64,000 nucleotides of DNA from Octopus sinensis (Eukaryota). The DNA is taken from contig NC_043002.1 in NCBI RefSeq assembly GCF_006345805.1, forward strand, positions 76,260,001 to 76,324,000. The letters are read 5' to 3'. Made by a program: the position numbers and the translations under genes. Shown here one piece after another: positions 29,820-43,620 of the stretch; position 1 is the first letter of the stretch, and each line of letters opens with the position of its first letter. The notes under the pieces are model-generated. The model saw only the letters and a program-made list of their open reading frames with translations. It searched no databases and was not told the DNA's origin.

Positions 29820-30688
29820 TGGTGTGTGTGTGTGCGTGTATGTGTATGCATACAAGTATATATGCAAATAAATATATATATATATGTATATATGCATATA
29901 TATGTGTGTATATATATATGTGTGTATGTATGTATGTATGTGTGTATGTATGTATGTATGTATGTATGTATGTATGTATGTATGTATGCATGTATGTATG
30001 TATGTATGTATATGTGTATGTATGCATGTATATTATCGAATTATTGATTTATCTGTCAAGCTATGTCTTTACAAACGCACGCAAATATACGGACGCAGAC
30101 TCACACATACACACACATGCACCCGTGGATACACGTACACACGCACACACACACAAACGTACACACGCATGCGCACGCAATTATACATGCATACACATAT
30201 TTACACCATTTAGCAACCCATACAATGGCGTATGGATTGAGTATTCTTTCTCTCGTTTACACACTTAAAAACGATGCCTATGTGTATGTGTTAGTATGTG
30301 CGTGTGAGCATGCGCATGCGTGAATGTGCGTGTTTGTGTGCATGTGCGTGTGCATGAGTGCGTGTGTGTATGTGTGTGTATATAATATATATATATATTA
30401 TAACATATATGTGCATATATATATATATATATATACACCACATATATAAGTTGTGTGCGTTATATATTATATGTATATATTATATATATCTATACACCGG
30501 TAACACATAAATGTGAAACAAGGTTGAAAAAAGAGTACTCAAATACCAGTGTAGAGTATAGATGAACGGCAACGAGAACTCAGAGTACCAGATTTTGTTG
30601 AATTTTCTGCTGCTTAAAAAAGTATATATATATATATATATTATATATATATAATATATATTATATCTATATATTTGTGTGTTTGTGT

Positions 30689-30987
30689 GGAGGCACAATG
30701 CCAGCCCGTGGTTAGGGCCGCGGACGCGCGGTTGTAGAATCGCGGTTTCGATTCCCAGACCAGGCGTTGTGAGTGTTTATTGAGCAAAAACACCTAAAGC
30801 TCCACGAGCTACGGTTGGTGGCGATCCCTGCTGTACTCTTTCGCCGTAACTTTCTCTCGCTCTTTCTTCTGTTGGCCTGCTCGCTTAGCCACGGGGTGGC
30901 GTCATTTGCAAGCTAAAACAATGCGCATTGTAACCAGGGATGTGTAGCAACATCTGATACCCTGGTCAATTACGGTGATCACGGTGA
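30689..30987 (+). mobile_element. tRNA-derived SINE (family C)
   Basis: GGAGGCACAATG...GTGGTTAGGG A-box-like head, GGTTTCGATTCCC B box, tail ...GATGTGTAGCAACATCTGATACCCTGGTC...CGGTGAT running into (TA)n; a related tail lies at ~28260-28405. Confidence 0.7.
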
Positions 30988-31070
30988 TATATATATATAT
31001 AAATATATACATACGTATATACACGCACACGGACATACGCGCGTGCACAAACACCACGTATATATTATAT

Positions 31071-31142
<72 letters not shown>

Positions 31143-31318
31143 CGTGTGTTATACACATATATATTTACGTACATACATGTACCAATATATCTGTAGAAAG
31201 CCAAATAGATAGATAGATAGATAGATCGATCGATCGATAGATAGATAGATATGCATATGTATAGATATATTATATATATATGTTTGTGTGTGTATGTATG
31301 CATGTATATAAATATAAT

Positions 31319-31368
<50 letters not shown>

Positions 31369-31397
31369 ATATATTATATATATTATATTATATATAT

Positions 31398-31445
<48 letters not shown>

Positions 31446-31467
31446 ATATATATATATATATATTATA

Positions 31468-31514
<47 letters not shown>

Positions 31515-31845
31515 ATATATATATACATAGATAATATACGTATATGCATAAGACTAGTTGCAAACACAAATGCAAAACTGAGAAGAGGGGTATGAATGAA
31601 AGTTGAGGGAGATGAAGAAGAGAGGAGTGTACAGGCGAGAAAGAAAACAAACAAACAAATATATGACTGTAAATAAATATAGATATACATAAATATTTAG
31701 GAATTCTTAAGAATATTCTCGTAAGTGAGAATAATATATTTGAGTTTTTTATTTTTTAAATTGATTTAGCTGCTCATATTGACACATTTTATATAGATGC
31801 ATGCATATACAATACACAAAAAGACCAGAACACATCGCCACAATG

Positions 31846-31890
<45 letters not shown>

Positions 31891-32248
31891 GCATATATAT
31901 ATAGATAGATAGATACATACATACATACATACATATATAAGTCAATGTATGTTTATACATTATTGCATAAATGTGCTTATATATATACATTTATATTTAT
32001 ATATGAACATATGCAAGTTAATGTATATGTATAAGTTTATAATATATACATACATACATCATATATATATATATATATATACACACATGAGAGGGTGTTT
32101 TATGAATTGATATATATGCGCACGTACAAATTCATATGCAAAAATTTTCATATAGCTATAACATATACACTTACATTTTATATATAATATATATATTATA
32201 TATATATATATATGTGTGTGTGCCGGCGTGGTGTATACACTTACACTT

Positions 32249-32307
<59 letters not shown>

Positions 32308-32751
32308 CATATATATACGTGTCTGTATGTAAGTACGTATGCATATAAATCATACATACATACGTACGAAGCAAACAAATGGTAGCTGTTCGCATATAAA
32401 TGATATATTTTAAAAGATATAAGATATGTGAGAAGAAGGCATTTTACGAAAGACAGATGCCAACCACCATTCACACCTTCATCAAATCTACGCATTATAT
32501 CTACACATCAAACAGATACTAAGAATACACTCAAGTACAGACACATTCATATTTTCTTGCACATCTATATATTCGCGAATTCATTTCGCTAATGGAAAAT
32601 ACATTTTTTATGAATCTCTAGAAGATAGATGCACATACAATAATATATAGATTCGCAAACATAATGCAATATACGAATATTCTTCTGATATATATATTAT
32701 TATATAATTATATATATATTATATAATATCTATTATATATATATATATATA

Positions 32752-32874
<123 letters not shown>

Positions 32875-33073
32875 ATATATACATATATGTATGTATGTAA
32901 TATATATATGTATGTATATGAGAGTCGAGCGAAATTTCCCCTGCCATCCAGCATATAGACATATTGAGATAATGCAAAAAGTGAAGTTTATTTTCGCATC
33001 TTTATTCAACGGTATCCGTTTAAACCAATATTATATTCCGTGGTCGATCAATGCGCAGGTTTGTCGTTATGTG

Positions 33074-33160
<87 letters not shown>

Positions 33161-33545
33161 AAGATATATATATATATGTATATGTATGTATATATATATA
33201 TATATGTACCGATATATATTATGTTCATATATAGTTATAATATATATATATTATATGTGTATATATATATATATATATTTATATTCACACATACATATAT
33301 GGATAGATAGATAAACTACGTATATACATACATGTACATAAATACATTCATAGATACATATATATACATATGTATGTGATGTAAGTATGTATGGCGACGG
33401 AGTGAAGCGCCAGCTGCGCATAAATATATAATTATACTCTACAATATGCATTGAAGACTTTTTCTCTCAGTTAACAAAAAAAATATTCAGAAAGAAGAAT
33501 AGATATTTGTGTATCCATTTGTGTTCGTGTACATATATTTATGTC

Positions 33546-33588
<43 letters not shown>

Positions 33589-33610
33589 GCGTGATTCTGT
33601 ATGTGTGTGT

Positions 33611-33658
<48 letters not shown>

Positions 33659-34214
33659 CGTGTAGTGTGTAGTGTATGCGCTTGTCTATAATAAAATCAT
33701 ATTTATTGTTATTTAACCTGTCACTGAATGTTGAATACGTATTTACTCTTTTCAAATGAAAAAAAATAATAATAATAATGATAACTTGTCAATATAAAAC
33801 ATTTCGTATACAAGATGGCACCAACATGAGCTTAGCAATTATGGTGGAAATTCACTAAAGATCGAACGAGAATAAAAGATATGAGTAACGTGTATGATTT
33901 GAACCCATACTCCAGTGCTGAGCTCTTGTAGCGTACTGCTTTATACTACCGGCTGCTTCGATAAATTCAACCTGAACTCAGTACTGCTGGGTAAAATTTA
34001 AAATAATATCTTGAGGTATAATTGTTTCAAATCTCGACTCAGGGACACCAAATTCTAAGGAAGGAGGGTTAATCAACAACATTTACCCCCTGGTAAGTTG
34101 TTTTATCCATCCACAAAACTATGCTAAACAAAGCTGACTTAGGTGGGAACTAAATTCAGAACACAAAAAGCCGGAACGAATATTGCCACGCAATACTATT
34201 CCAACACTCTAATA

Positions 34215-35070
34215 CAGGGATGCTCAACCTTTTTTTATCTATGAACCCCTTTGATTACAATTTTATTCTGGTGCACCCTCATAGCCATTCCATATTTAAA
34301 AACTAGTTTTATTGAATCTTTTTTCAAAATTTCTATACATTAACTTGTGTATGTTAAACTATGTAAAATGTTGGAGAAAAGAAACCAAGCTGTTTCTTGC
34401 AATTCATATTAATACATATATTTAGAGCAAAATATTTTTAGGGACACTTTGAGATTTCAGTGATGTAATACTCTCACTTTGAGATTTCAGTGATGTAATA
34501 CTCTCACTCTCTCTCTCTCTTTTTTACTAATTTCAGTCATCTGACTGCGGACATGCTGGAGCACCACCTTTAGTCGAACAAATCGACCCCAGGATTTATA
34601 CTTTGTAAGCCTAATACTTATTCTATCGGTTTCTTTTGCCGAACCGCTAAATTACGGGGACGTAAACACACCACCATCGGTTGTAAGGCGATGGTGGGAG
34701 AACAAACAGAGACACACAAACATATACACACATGCATATATATACATATATACGACGGGCTTCCTTCAGTTTCCGTCTCCCAAATCCACTCACACGTCTT
34801 TGGTCGGCCTGAGGCTATAGTAGAAGGCACTTGCCCAAGGTGCCACGCAGTGGGAATGAACTCAGAACCACGTGGTTGGTAAGCAAGGTACTTATCACAC
34901 AGCCACTCCTGCGCCTTTGAAAATGATATTGTAGGGTAAGTGTGAGAGGCTGGATATGGCTGGTTTAAAAAAGAGGGTTGAGAGACTGCAATTTACTATT
35001 TTGTTGTACGGACCCTCAAAATCTTATATGGACCCTCAGGGGCCATATGGGTCCCGGTCGAGAACAACTG
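34215..35070. mobile_element. hAT (Charlie-like) MITE with 8-bp TSD, carrying nested insertions
   Basis: Ends CAGGGATGCTCAACC / GGTCGAGAACAACTG; flanks CTCTAATA (34207-34214) and CTCTAATG (35071-35078). It splits a minus-strand family A SINE. Confidence 0.8.
34520..34916 (-). mobile_element. SINE family B nested in the hAT MITE
   Basis: Full-length match ending CACACAGCCACTCCTGCGCC. Confidence 0.9.
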
Positions 35071-35124
35071 CTCTAATGATATGATTCTGCCAGCTCACCG
35101 CTATGCTTCATGGCATAATCCTTT

Positions 35125-35975
35125 CTTCTATGAGTACAAACCCTGACATTTTTGTAGGAGTGGGGCAGTTGATCACAGTACTCAACTGGTACTTGATTTA
35201 TCGACTCCGAAAGTATGAAAGTTAAAGTTGACCTCGGCGAAATTTGAACTAAATGCCGCTAAGCTTTTTTGTTCGGTGTGCTAACGATTCCGCCAGATCG
35301 TCGCATTGGTTTCAAATTTTGGCACAAGACCACCAAGTGCTGGTGAGGGAGTAAGTCGATTACATCGACCCCGGTGATCAACTGGTACTTATTTTATCGA
35401 CCCCGAAAGTATAAAAGGTAAAGTGGACCTCGGTGGCATTTGAATTCAGGAGTTCAAGTCGGAAGAAATGCCGCTAAGCGTTTTAGTCCGGTGTAGTAAC
35501 GATTTTGCCAGCTCAATGCCTTATTTAATGGGATAATTCTAAGAATAGGAAAGGCGGCGAGCTGGCAGAATCGTTAGCACGCCGGGCGAAATGCTTAGCG
35601 GTATTTCGTCCGCTGCTGCGTTTTGAGTTCAAATTCCGCCGCGGTCGACTTTGCCTTTCATCCTTTCGGGGTCGATAAATTAAGTACTAGTTACGCCCTG
35701 GGGGTCGATGTAATCGACTTGGTCCGTTTGTCTGTCCTTGTTTGTCCCCTCTGTGTTTAGCCCCATGAGGGTAGAAAAAAGAAACAGGTATTTCGTCCGA
35801 CACTACGTTCTGAGTTCAAATTCCGACGAGGTTGACGTTGCCTTTCATCCTTTTCGGGGTCGATTAAATAAGTACCAGTTACGCACTGGGGTCGATGCAA
35901 TAAACTTAATCCGTTTGTCTGTCCTTGCTTGTCCCTTCTATGTTTAGCCCCCTGTGGGCAATAAAGAAATAAATA
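35125..35975. mobile_element. Cluster of family A SINEs: two minus copies (35125-35520) head-to-head with a plus copy (35552-35975)
   Basis: Repeated GTCGATTACATCGACCCC / GGCGGCGAGCTGGCAGAATCGTTAGCACGCCGGGCGAAATG motifs in both orientations. Confidence 0.88.
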
Positions 35976-36731
35976 CTAAGAATATGAACAATGAATGCAA
36001 CAAAGCAAATCGATTACATTCTATTTTTGTTTTACACTGGAATCGTGCATTAAAATAAATAAATAAATAGAATTCTTCAATTCTTAGATTTTAAATATTT
36101 TCTAGATTAAGAACAGGAGTGACAATTAATGCAATAGATCTTACTGTATCTCAATCGCCATCTTTATTTCTGCTATTTGCTTTTATCTGGTATTGTTAAT
36201 AATTGTAGGTTTTTTTTGTTTTTTTTTTAAATTTTTTTTTTAGGGGTTTTCATTTCCGAAATTGTTTTGTACTGGGTTCTTTTCGTGTCTTTTCCATTCT
36301 TGTTTTTTCTTTTTTTTTCTGAGAATTTATTTTATTTTAGCTATCTTTATTTAATTTTTTATTTTAATAACTCTAGTTTCTTTCTAACGCACCGTATTTA
36401 ATTTCTTCAAGATTTAATTTCTTCATGATTTCTTAAACTGTCAGTTATAATCTACCCGTGCAATGGAAGATCACACACGCAAGCACACTCACACACTTAC
36501 ACACAAACACACACACACACCACACACACAATTTATCCATACGCAGTTTTCACTGAGTGAAATATATTAGTGATGTATACGTGACTACGACACTTAACGA
36601 TTGAGAAAATAAGGCGTTGCTACTGTCTAGTCTTGAGTCATGGGGATGATATCCTGCCCGTTTCAGATTGTGGTTCGTATGTAATTGCATATAATGTATA
36701 TGAGTGCGTGTGTGTATGTATATATATATAT

Positions 36732-36831
36732 NNNNNNNNNNNNNNNNNNNNNNNNNNNNNNNNNNNNNNNNNNNNNNNNNNNNNNNNNNNNNNNNNNNNN
36801 NNNNNNNNNNNNNNNNNNNNNNNNNNNNNNN
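36732..36831. other. Assembly gap (100 N)
   Basis: Run of N; sequence continuity across it cannot be assumed. Confidence 1.
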
Positions 36832-36844
36832 GTAATGTATACAT

Positions 36845-36903
<59 letters not shown>

Positions 36904-37203
36904 TATATAATATATATATATATAGGAGTAGGAGTGGCTGTGTAGTAAGTAGCTTCCTTACAAGCCACATGGTTCCAGGTCCAGTCCCACTGCGTGACAC
37001 CTTGGCAAATGACCAAGGACGCTGTGATCGTAGCCATCCGGTCTTTTTCCAAACTTGATGTAAGTCACGTGATCTGGCAGCTTCGGCATTCGTAGCAGAT
37101 GATTGTCGTCTATCAGCGATATAACTTCTAGTACTATTGTACACCACGAGTCCATATGAAAGATCCTCTCAACCTATTTTCTGTGTATTCTGTGTTCTAA
37201 CAC

Positions 37204-37735
37204 AATTAAAGGATAAAATTATTAAAGTTTAATGAATTTTATCAGTACCCAGCATATAAAAAGCCTTTTAGATCAAATTCAAATATAGACATATATTTAT
37301 ATAGATATAATTATATATATATAGATATACAATTATATAGAATATAATTATGATTAAGAGCACAGAAGCCCCTGTGCCTATATGCTAGAAAAAGACGCCA
37401 AATATACAAATATTCACTTCAATATACACAAGTTGAAAGAGAGTAAAATCGACAAACAAAAATGCATAAAATAATTCGGATAATGCTAGATTGATCAATT
37501 TCTGGAGAAGTATAATAAAATATCCACAAATATGTACGAATCGAATTTCGTAGTCCACCTCAACACGTGTGCATTTAGTCAGAATAGTACAGAAGTAAAT
37601 ATACTGTCCCAAAGTGAATGAAATACATCTAAACATAATTAAAGGATAAAATCATTAAAAATTACTGAATTTTATCAGTGGCCAAGATGTAAAAGAAATC
37701 TTTTAGGTAAAATTAATATATAGAATATAATTATA
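37204..37735. repeat. Diverged direct repeat (~430-bp period), probable old PLE terminal-repeat relic
   Basis: AATTAAAGGATAAAAT(T/C)ATTAAA...TGAATTTTATCAGT occurs at ~37204 and ~37637, with loose similarity to 57750-57830. Confidence 0.5.
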
Positions 37736-37739
37736 ATTA

Positions 37740-37808
<69 letters not shown>

Positions 37809-38355
37809 GCCCTGATGCAGTACCAGGCAGTGGCTCTCATGGCTTCTGATCTTAACTGATTGGAAGTGTTATCATGTACATTGTTTGTCTGGTATAAAAG
37901 ATGGGCTACAGCAAATATTCTGCTCAATACAACAGATTTGATTGTCAGTTGTTTGACCTTAACCAGTTGAGCATGTCCCTTAGTGGCTGACGATATGTGC
38001 ATCTCTGATCACGAGCATAAGTAGTGGGGGAGCATCATAGCCATGTGTTGAGAGGGATTCTTTGGGGTTGGAATAATCACCTCTGGAAACATGGGTGGTT
38101 CTTTCAACATCCTTAAACAACCCTTATTCAGGGACCTTTGAGCGGGATGGGCTACTCAACCTGAAGAAAATTCTAACTGGGCCCACCTGCAAGGTCATGT
38201 GCTGTTATCTTGATATGAGATCACCATGTCGCGCACTATGGTTGTGATGCATGTGCCTGGTGTACCCTTATCGGACGGGTAGTCATGATGGGTATATTGG
38301 GCTTCGTATATTTTACCCCAGTGTCACTTTGATGGCATGAAACTGCTCTCTCACT

Positions 38356-38358
<3 letters not shown>
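37809..38358. mobile_element. ~550-bp non-coding element embedded in (TAA)n
   Basis: Balanced-GC island with sharp edges and (TAA)n on both sides. (TAA)n targeting is known for Dong/R4 retrotransposons; that link is inference only. Confidence 0.5.
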
Positions 38359-38400
<42 letters not shown>

Positions 38401-38659
38401 GGCAAGTTTGTGTGTTTTGTGAATTTGTTGCTTTAACTCCTCCGAGACTATCCAACAGACCTTGGTGAAACTTGACACGTGTGGGGAGCTTATGCCCATG
38501 CGGTCACTTCCGTACTTGGAATTTCTTAAAAAATCGATTTTTAATCAGAACCGTAAAATTTCGGCATTTTCTGCACTAGCCATCGTGACATCAATTTGAC
38601 GAAAAATGCCGAAATTTGACGAAAAGTGTTCCATGGACATAAACAGACGGTAATCTATT

Positions 38660-38860
38660 TAGCATTTGCTAATTGTTGGAAACAATATGACGACAAAAAT
38701 CAGTCCTCCATACTCTACTAACATGCCAAAGACCACCATGAAGGAAACTTGGGTCAACTTGAGATCCGCATCTTATCCAGGCACCCAAAAGACCCAATAC
38801 TCAGACAAATACGGGAGGACGTCCTTATAAATAAAAATTCCCCAACACTAAATAGGAAAT
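38660..38860 (+). pseudogene. PLE GIY-YIG C-terminal remnant
   Basis: Translates NCWKQYDDKNQSSILY*HAKDHHEGNLGQLEIRILSRHPKDPILRQIREDVLINKNSPTLNRK, resembling the R..RE...I....P.LN ending. Confidence 0.6.
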
Positions 38861-39994
38861 ATACGTTGTAGATATCACACCTCCATACCCACAGTTTACA
38901 CAGGTAGAGTAGAATAGTTAGTGGACTGTTATGTAGATAGACGTATGTATGTGTGTATGTGGGTGTAAGTGTGTGTGTATGCTCATGTTTTTTTTTGTTT
39001 TGTTTTGTTTTTTGTATGCAAGCATATGGATATGAAAATAAACAGATCAACATACAGACGGATAGGTACATAGATTATAAGAATAGACAAGCACACATAC
39101 GCAAATGGAGACTGAAACACATGACCATATATACACACACACTTTACTCCACACAGGGACACATATAGAGACACGAGTCCATACATATGGAGATGCACAT
39201 CCATACATACAAACATGGTACTTAGTTGCAAAACACGTGCGCGCGCGCAGATATGCACACACACAAGAAGACGGAAGTGCATACATATACAAACACACGC
39301 TCACACACATACATAGAAAATACACAAACACGGACATGCAAGCACATGAATATGCAGAATACATACATACAGATGCACACACATACATGCATACATATAT
39401 ACATATGCATACACACACATATATACATACACACACATGCATGCATACATACACACATACATACATGCGTACATGCATGCATAGGCACATATACACACAC
39501 ACACACGCACACACACTGACTCACACACATGCGCACAAACAAACAAAAAGGAACGCAGTGTAAATAACGGACAGAGTCAAGACTATTGAAAAGGTCGCAA
39601 TGAAAATTTTAGGAAAATAAAAATAAGAAATAAGTGGAAATTTTACCGGTGAGTGTGTTAAATTTTAAGGCACAAAAAGAAAAGGCTCTCCCCAAACACA
39701 ACAGAAAAAGAATACTCTTGAGTTTAATTCCTTTCAATAGGGGACGTGTAGGAAATTGTGGCACTCGGTAAATCTGAGTATGTGGTGCTGAGAAAGTGAG
39801 AACGTACGTAAGTATGTATGTATGTATGTATGTATGTATGTATGTATGTATGTATGTATGTATGTATGTATGTATGTATGTATGTATGTACGTATGTATG
39901 TATGTATGCGTTTAAGCACTTTAGTTTCAAAGTATGTATATATGTATATACATGAATATATACACATTCATGCAAATATGAATATGTACATGAG

Positions 39995-40400
39995 TGACAG
40001 TGTGGTAAGTAGCTTGCTTACCAACCACATGGTTCCGGGTTCAGTCCCACTGCGTGGCACCTTGGGCAAGTGTTTTCTACTATAGCCTCGGGCCGACCAA
40101 AGCCTTGTGAGTGGATTTAGTTGATGGAAACTGAAAGAAGCCCGTCGGATATATGTATATATATATATGTATTTGTGTGTATATGCTTGTGTGTCTGCGT
40201 TTGTCCCCCCCCCAAAATCGCTTGACAACCGATGCTGGTGTGTTTACGTCCCCGTAACTTAGCGGTTCAGCAAAAGAGACCGATAGAATAAGTACTAGGC
40301 TTACGAAGAATAAGTCCTGGGGTCGAGTTGCTCGACTAAAGGCAGTGCTCCAGCATGGCCGCAGTCAAATGACTGAAACAAGTAAAAGAGTAAAAAGAGT
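39995..40400 (+). mobile_element. SINE family B, nearly full length
   Basis: GTGTGGTAAGTAGCTTGCTTACCAACCACATGGTTCCGGGTTCAGTCCC...TGACTGAAACAAGTAAAAGAGT. Confidence 0.92.
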
Positions 40401-40830
40401 ATGCGTGCATGTACGTACGTATGCAAGCATATATGAACGCAGATATACACATGTGAATATGTATATATAGGCGCATGTATGTATGTATGTAAGTATGTAT
40501 GTATGTATGTATGTATGTATGTATGTATGTATGTATGTATGTATGCTTGTATGTATGCATGCAGGTGCGACGGTATACATGTGACTATGTATGTATGTAT
40601 GAATGCATCCGCTTATTCATCCATGCATGTATAGCTGTGTCTAAATCTACTGATAAAAATCAGTACATACATATATTTATTCAAAGGTAGTAGCCGTCTC
40701 AGTCTATAAATGCGTGGTTGTGTGTGTGTGTGTGCGTGTGTGCATGTGTGTGTATGTGTGCGTGTGTGTGTGTGTGCGTGTGTGTGCGTGTGTGTGTGTG
40801 CGTGTGGGCATGTGTGTGTATGTGTGCGTG

Positions 40831-40861
<31 letters not shown>

Positions 40862-40923
40862 TTTCATACGTACATATGAACTAAAAGATAGTTAGCTTGT
40901 TAGAAAGATACACACATACATAT

Positions 40924-40955
<32 letters not shown>

Positions 40956-41557
40956 CGTACGTACATACATGCATGCATACATACATACATGCACGCAGAC
41001 AAACTCACAGACAGGCACAAATAGCAAGAGAGGAGGAGAGCGACATCTTTAATTGACTATTTACGTGAGCGTGTATCTACATGCCATACATTAATAAAAC
41101 ATGCATAGACTTAATGTAAATTTATTTCGTTTAAAATATATATGCGTGGATATGTGTACACACACGTACACACACACACACACACACACACACAAATACA
41201 AACACACACACACACACAAACACTCATACAGACACGCACAAACACACACACACACACATATATGCATGCATTGATGTATGCAATTAAAACGCCTCATAAA
41301 TCTTAATGGGTCGTTAGTTTCTCATATTGATTTCACATACAAGTGCAAGGTCGCAAGCAGAGTGCGATGCTGGGTGTTACACGAAAGTTTGAAATCACTG
41401 CTGTACATGATTAATAACTAACACTTATTTTATCGAACCCAGAAAGATTTAAACGGAAGCCTGCTGTAGCGGTATTTTGAACTTGCTCCGTAGAATTTGT
41501 CACTAAAAACTGTATCATTTCGTCCGCTTCTGTATCATCACACATAGATACTGTAGC

Positions 41558-41745
41558 TCTTAATGGTTATATCAGAGGATGAAAGACCCTTTTTTAGGGT
41601 CCCAATAACTGTTAGAGAAATGAGTAAGAATTTATTGTCAGATCGGTGTAATTCTTAATGGTTATATCAGAGGATAAAAGACCCTTTTTTAGGGTCCCAA
41701 TAACTGTTAGAGAAATGAGTAAGAATTTATAGTCAGATCGGTGGT
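41558..41745 (+). repeat. 95-bp tandem duplication
   Basis: TCTTAATGGTTATATCAGAGGAT...GTCAGATCGGTG occurs twice with few differences. Confidence 0.95.
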
Positions 41746-41959
41746 AACCCAGTCTGAATGCTGTTTCTGCTAATTGTATTTTCTGGTCAGGTGGTGTTGC
41801 TAAGCCGACTTATTGATTAGCTTAACCGTTCGGGAACAATAATTATCTTCCCGACGATCTCCTAATAGTTTCCGACTATCAGATTTCCCTCACAAGTTAT
41901 TGGTCAGCCCAACATAGTGGTACAAGACTGTGTTAAGGAGCTATGGTGTAATATTTGTT

Positions 41960-43250
41960 TCAAACTTTGACACATGACTAACAAGTTTGGAGAAAAGGGC
42001 TTGTCGATTATAGCGACCCCAATGTTAATTTGATACTTTTTTTTATCGACCCCGAAAGAATGAAAGGCAAAGTTGACCTCTGCGGAATTTGAACTCGGGA
42101 TGTAAAGACGGACGAAATGCCGCTAAGCATTTTCCCCGGCGTGTTTACGTTTCCGCCAGTTCGCCGCCTTGAGCGATGCAATATTGCTTTGCGTACTGCA
42201 GTCGATCTAATCGACTGGACCCCTCCCCCAAAATTTTGGGCCCTTTGCCTAGATTAGAAAAGAATATTGATCTTAAATTTGGGCATAAGGCCAACAAGTT
42301 CGGAGGAAGAGGATGAGTCGATTACATTGACCCCAGTGTTCAACTGATACTTAATTTATCGACCCCAAAAGGATAAAAGGCAAAGTCGACCGCGACGTAT
42401 TTCAATACAGAACGTAAAGACGGACAAACTGCCGCTAAGCATTTTGCCCGTCGTGCTAACGGTGCTTATTTGTTTATTGCCCACAAGGGGCTAAACATAG
42501 AGGGGACAAACAAGGACAGACAAACAGATTAAGTCGATTACAACGACCCCAGTGTGTAACTGGTACTTATTTTATCGATATCGAAAGGATGAAAGGCAAA
42601 GCTGACCTCGGCGGAATTTGAACTCAGAATGTAACAGCAGACGAAATACCTATTTCTTTACTACCCACAAGAGGCTACTCACAGATGGGACAAACAAGGA
42701 GAGACAAACGGATTAAGTCGATTATATCGACCCCAGTGCGTAACTGGTATTTACTTAATCGACCCCGAAAGGATGAAAGGCAAAGCCGACCTCGGGGGTA
42801 TTTGAACTCAGAACGTACCGGCAGACGAAATACCTATTTCTTTACTACCCACAACGGGCTAAATACAGAGGTGACAAACAAGGACAGACCAAACGGATTA
42901 AGTCGATTATATCGACTCCAGTGCGTAACTGGTACTTATTTAATCGACCCCGAAGGATGAAAGGCAAAGCCGACCTCGGGGGTATTTGAACTCAGAACGT
43001 ACCGGCAGACGAAATACCTATTTCTTTACTACCCACAACGGGCTAAATACAGAGGTGACAAACAAGGACAGACAAACGGATTAAGTCGATTATATCGACT
43101 CCAGTGCGTAACTGGTACTTATTTAATCGACCCCGAAAGGATGAAAGGCAAAGTCGACCTCGGGGGGGATTTGAACTCAGAACGTAACGGCAGACGAAAT
43201 ACCGCTAAGCATTTCGCCCGGCGTGCTAACGGTTCTGCCAGCTCACCACT
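41960..43250 (-). mobile_element. Family A SINE cluster including four tandem ~180-bp body units behind one head
   Basis: CCCACAA(G/C)GGGCTAAA...GAACTCAGAACGT...GACGAAATACC repeats at ~42480, 42665, 42848 and 43032; a single head ends at ~43249. Confidence 0.92.
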
Positions 43251-43402
43251 TAAAGCTATACTGTAATATTAAATCCGAAGCTATCAGTGAAGAGAACTTC
43301 TTAATGATGACAGCTATAACTGCACCAAAAAAAAAAAAAAAAAGAAACGAAACAGGAAATTCATCTAGATAATGAGGCTTCTATTATTAACTGTCGAAAC
43401 AT

Positions 43403-43620
43403 GGCGATGAGCTGGCAAAATCGTTAGCATGCCGAGTGAAATGCTTAGGAGTATTACGTCTGTCGTTACGTTTTGAGTTCAAATTCCGCCGGCGTCGATT
43501 TTTGCCTTTCATCCTTTCGAGGTCGATAAAATTAGTACCAGTTACGCACTGAGGTCGATGCAATCGACTTAATCCCCTCCCCTAAATTTGAGGCCTTGTG
43601 TTTCCAGTAGAAAGGTTTAT
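43403..43620 (+). mobile_element. SINE family A
   Basis: GGCGATGAGCTGGCAAAATCGTTAGCATGCC head and conserved body. Confidence 0.88.

Noticed and set aside
36633-37147. ORFs spanning the N gap
   Set aside because: Artifacts of N translation plus (TA)n.
37809-37880. U2 snRNA-like words on the minus strand (ATCAGTTAAGATCAGA; CCTGGTACTGCA)
   Set aside because: Short imperfect matches with wrong spacing, no Sm site and no branch-recognition sequence.
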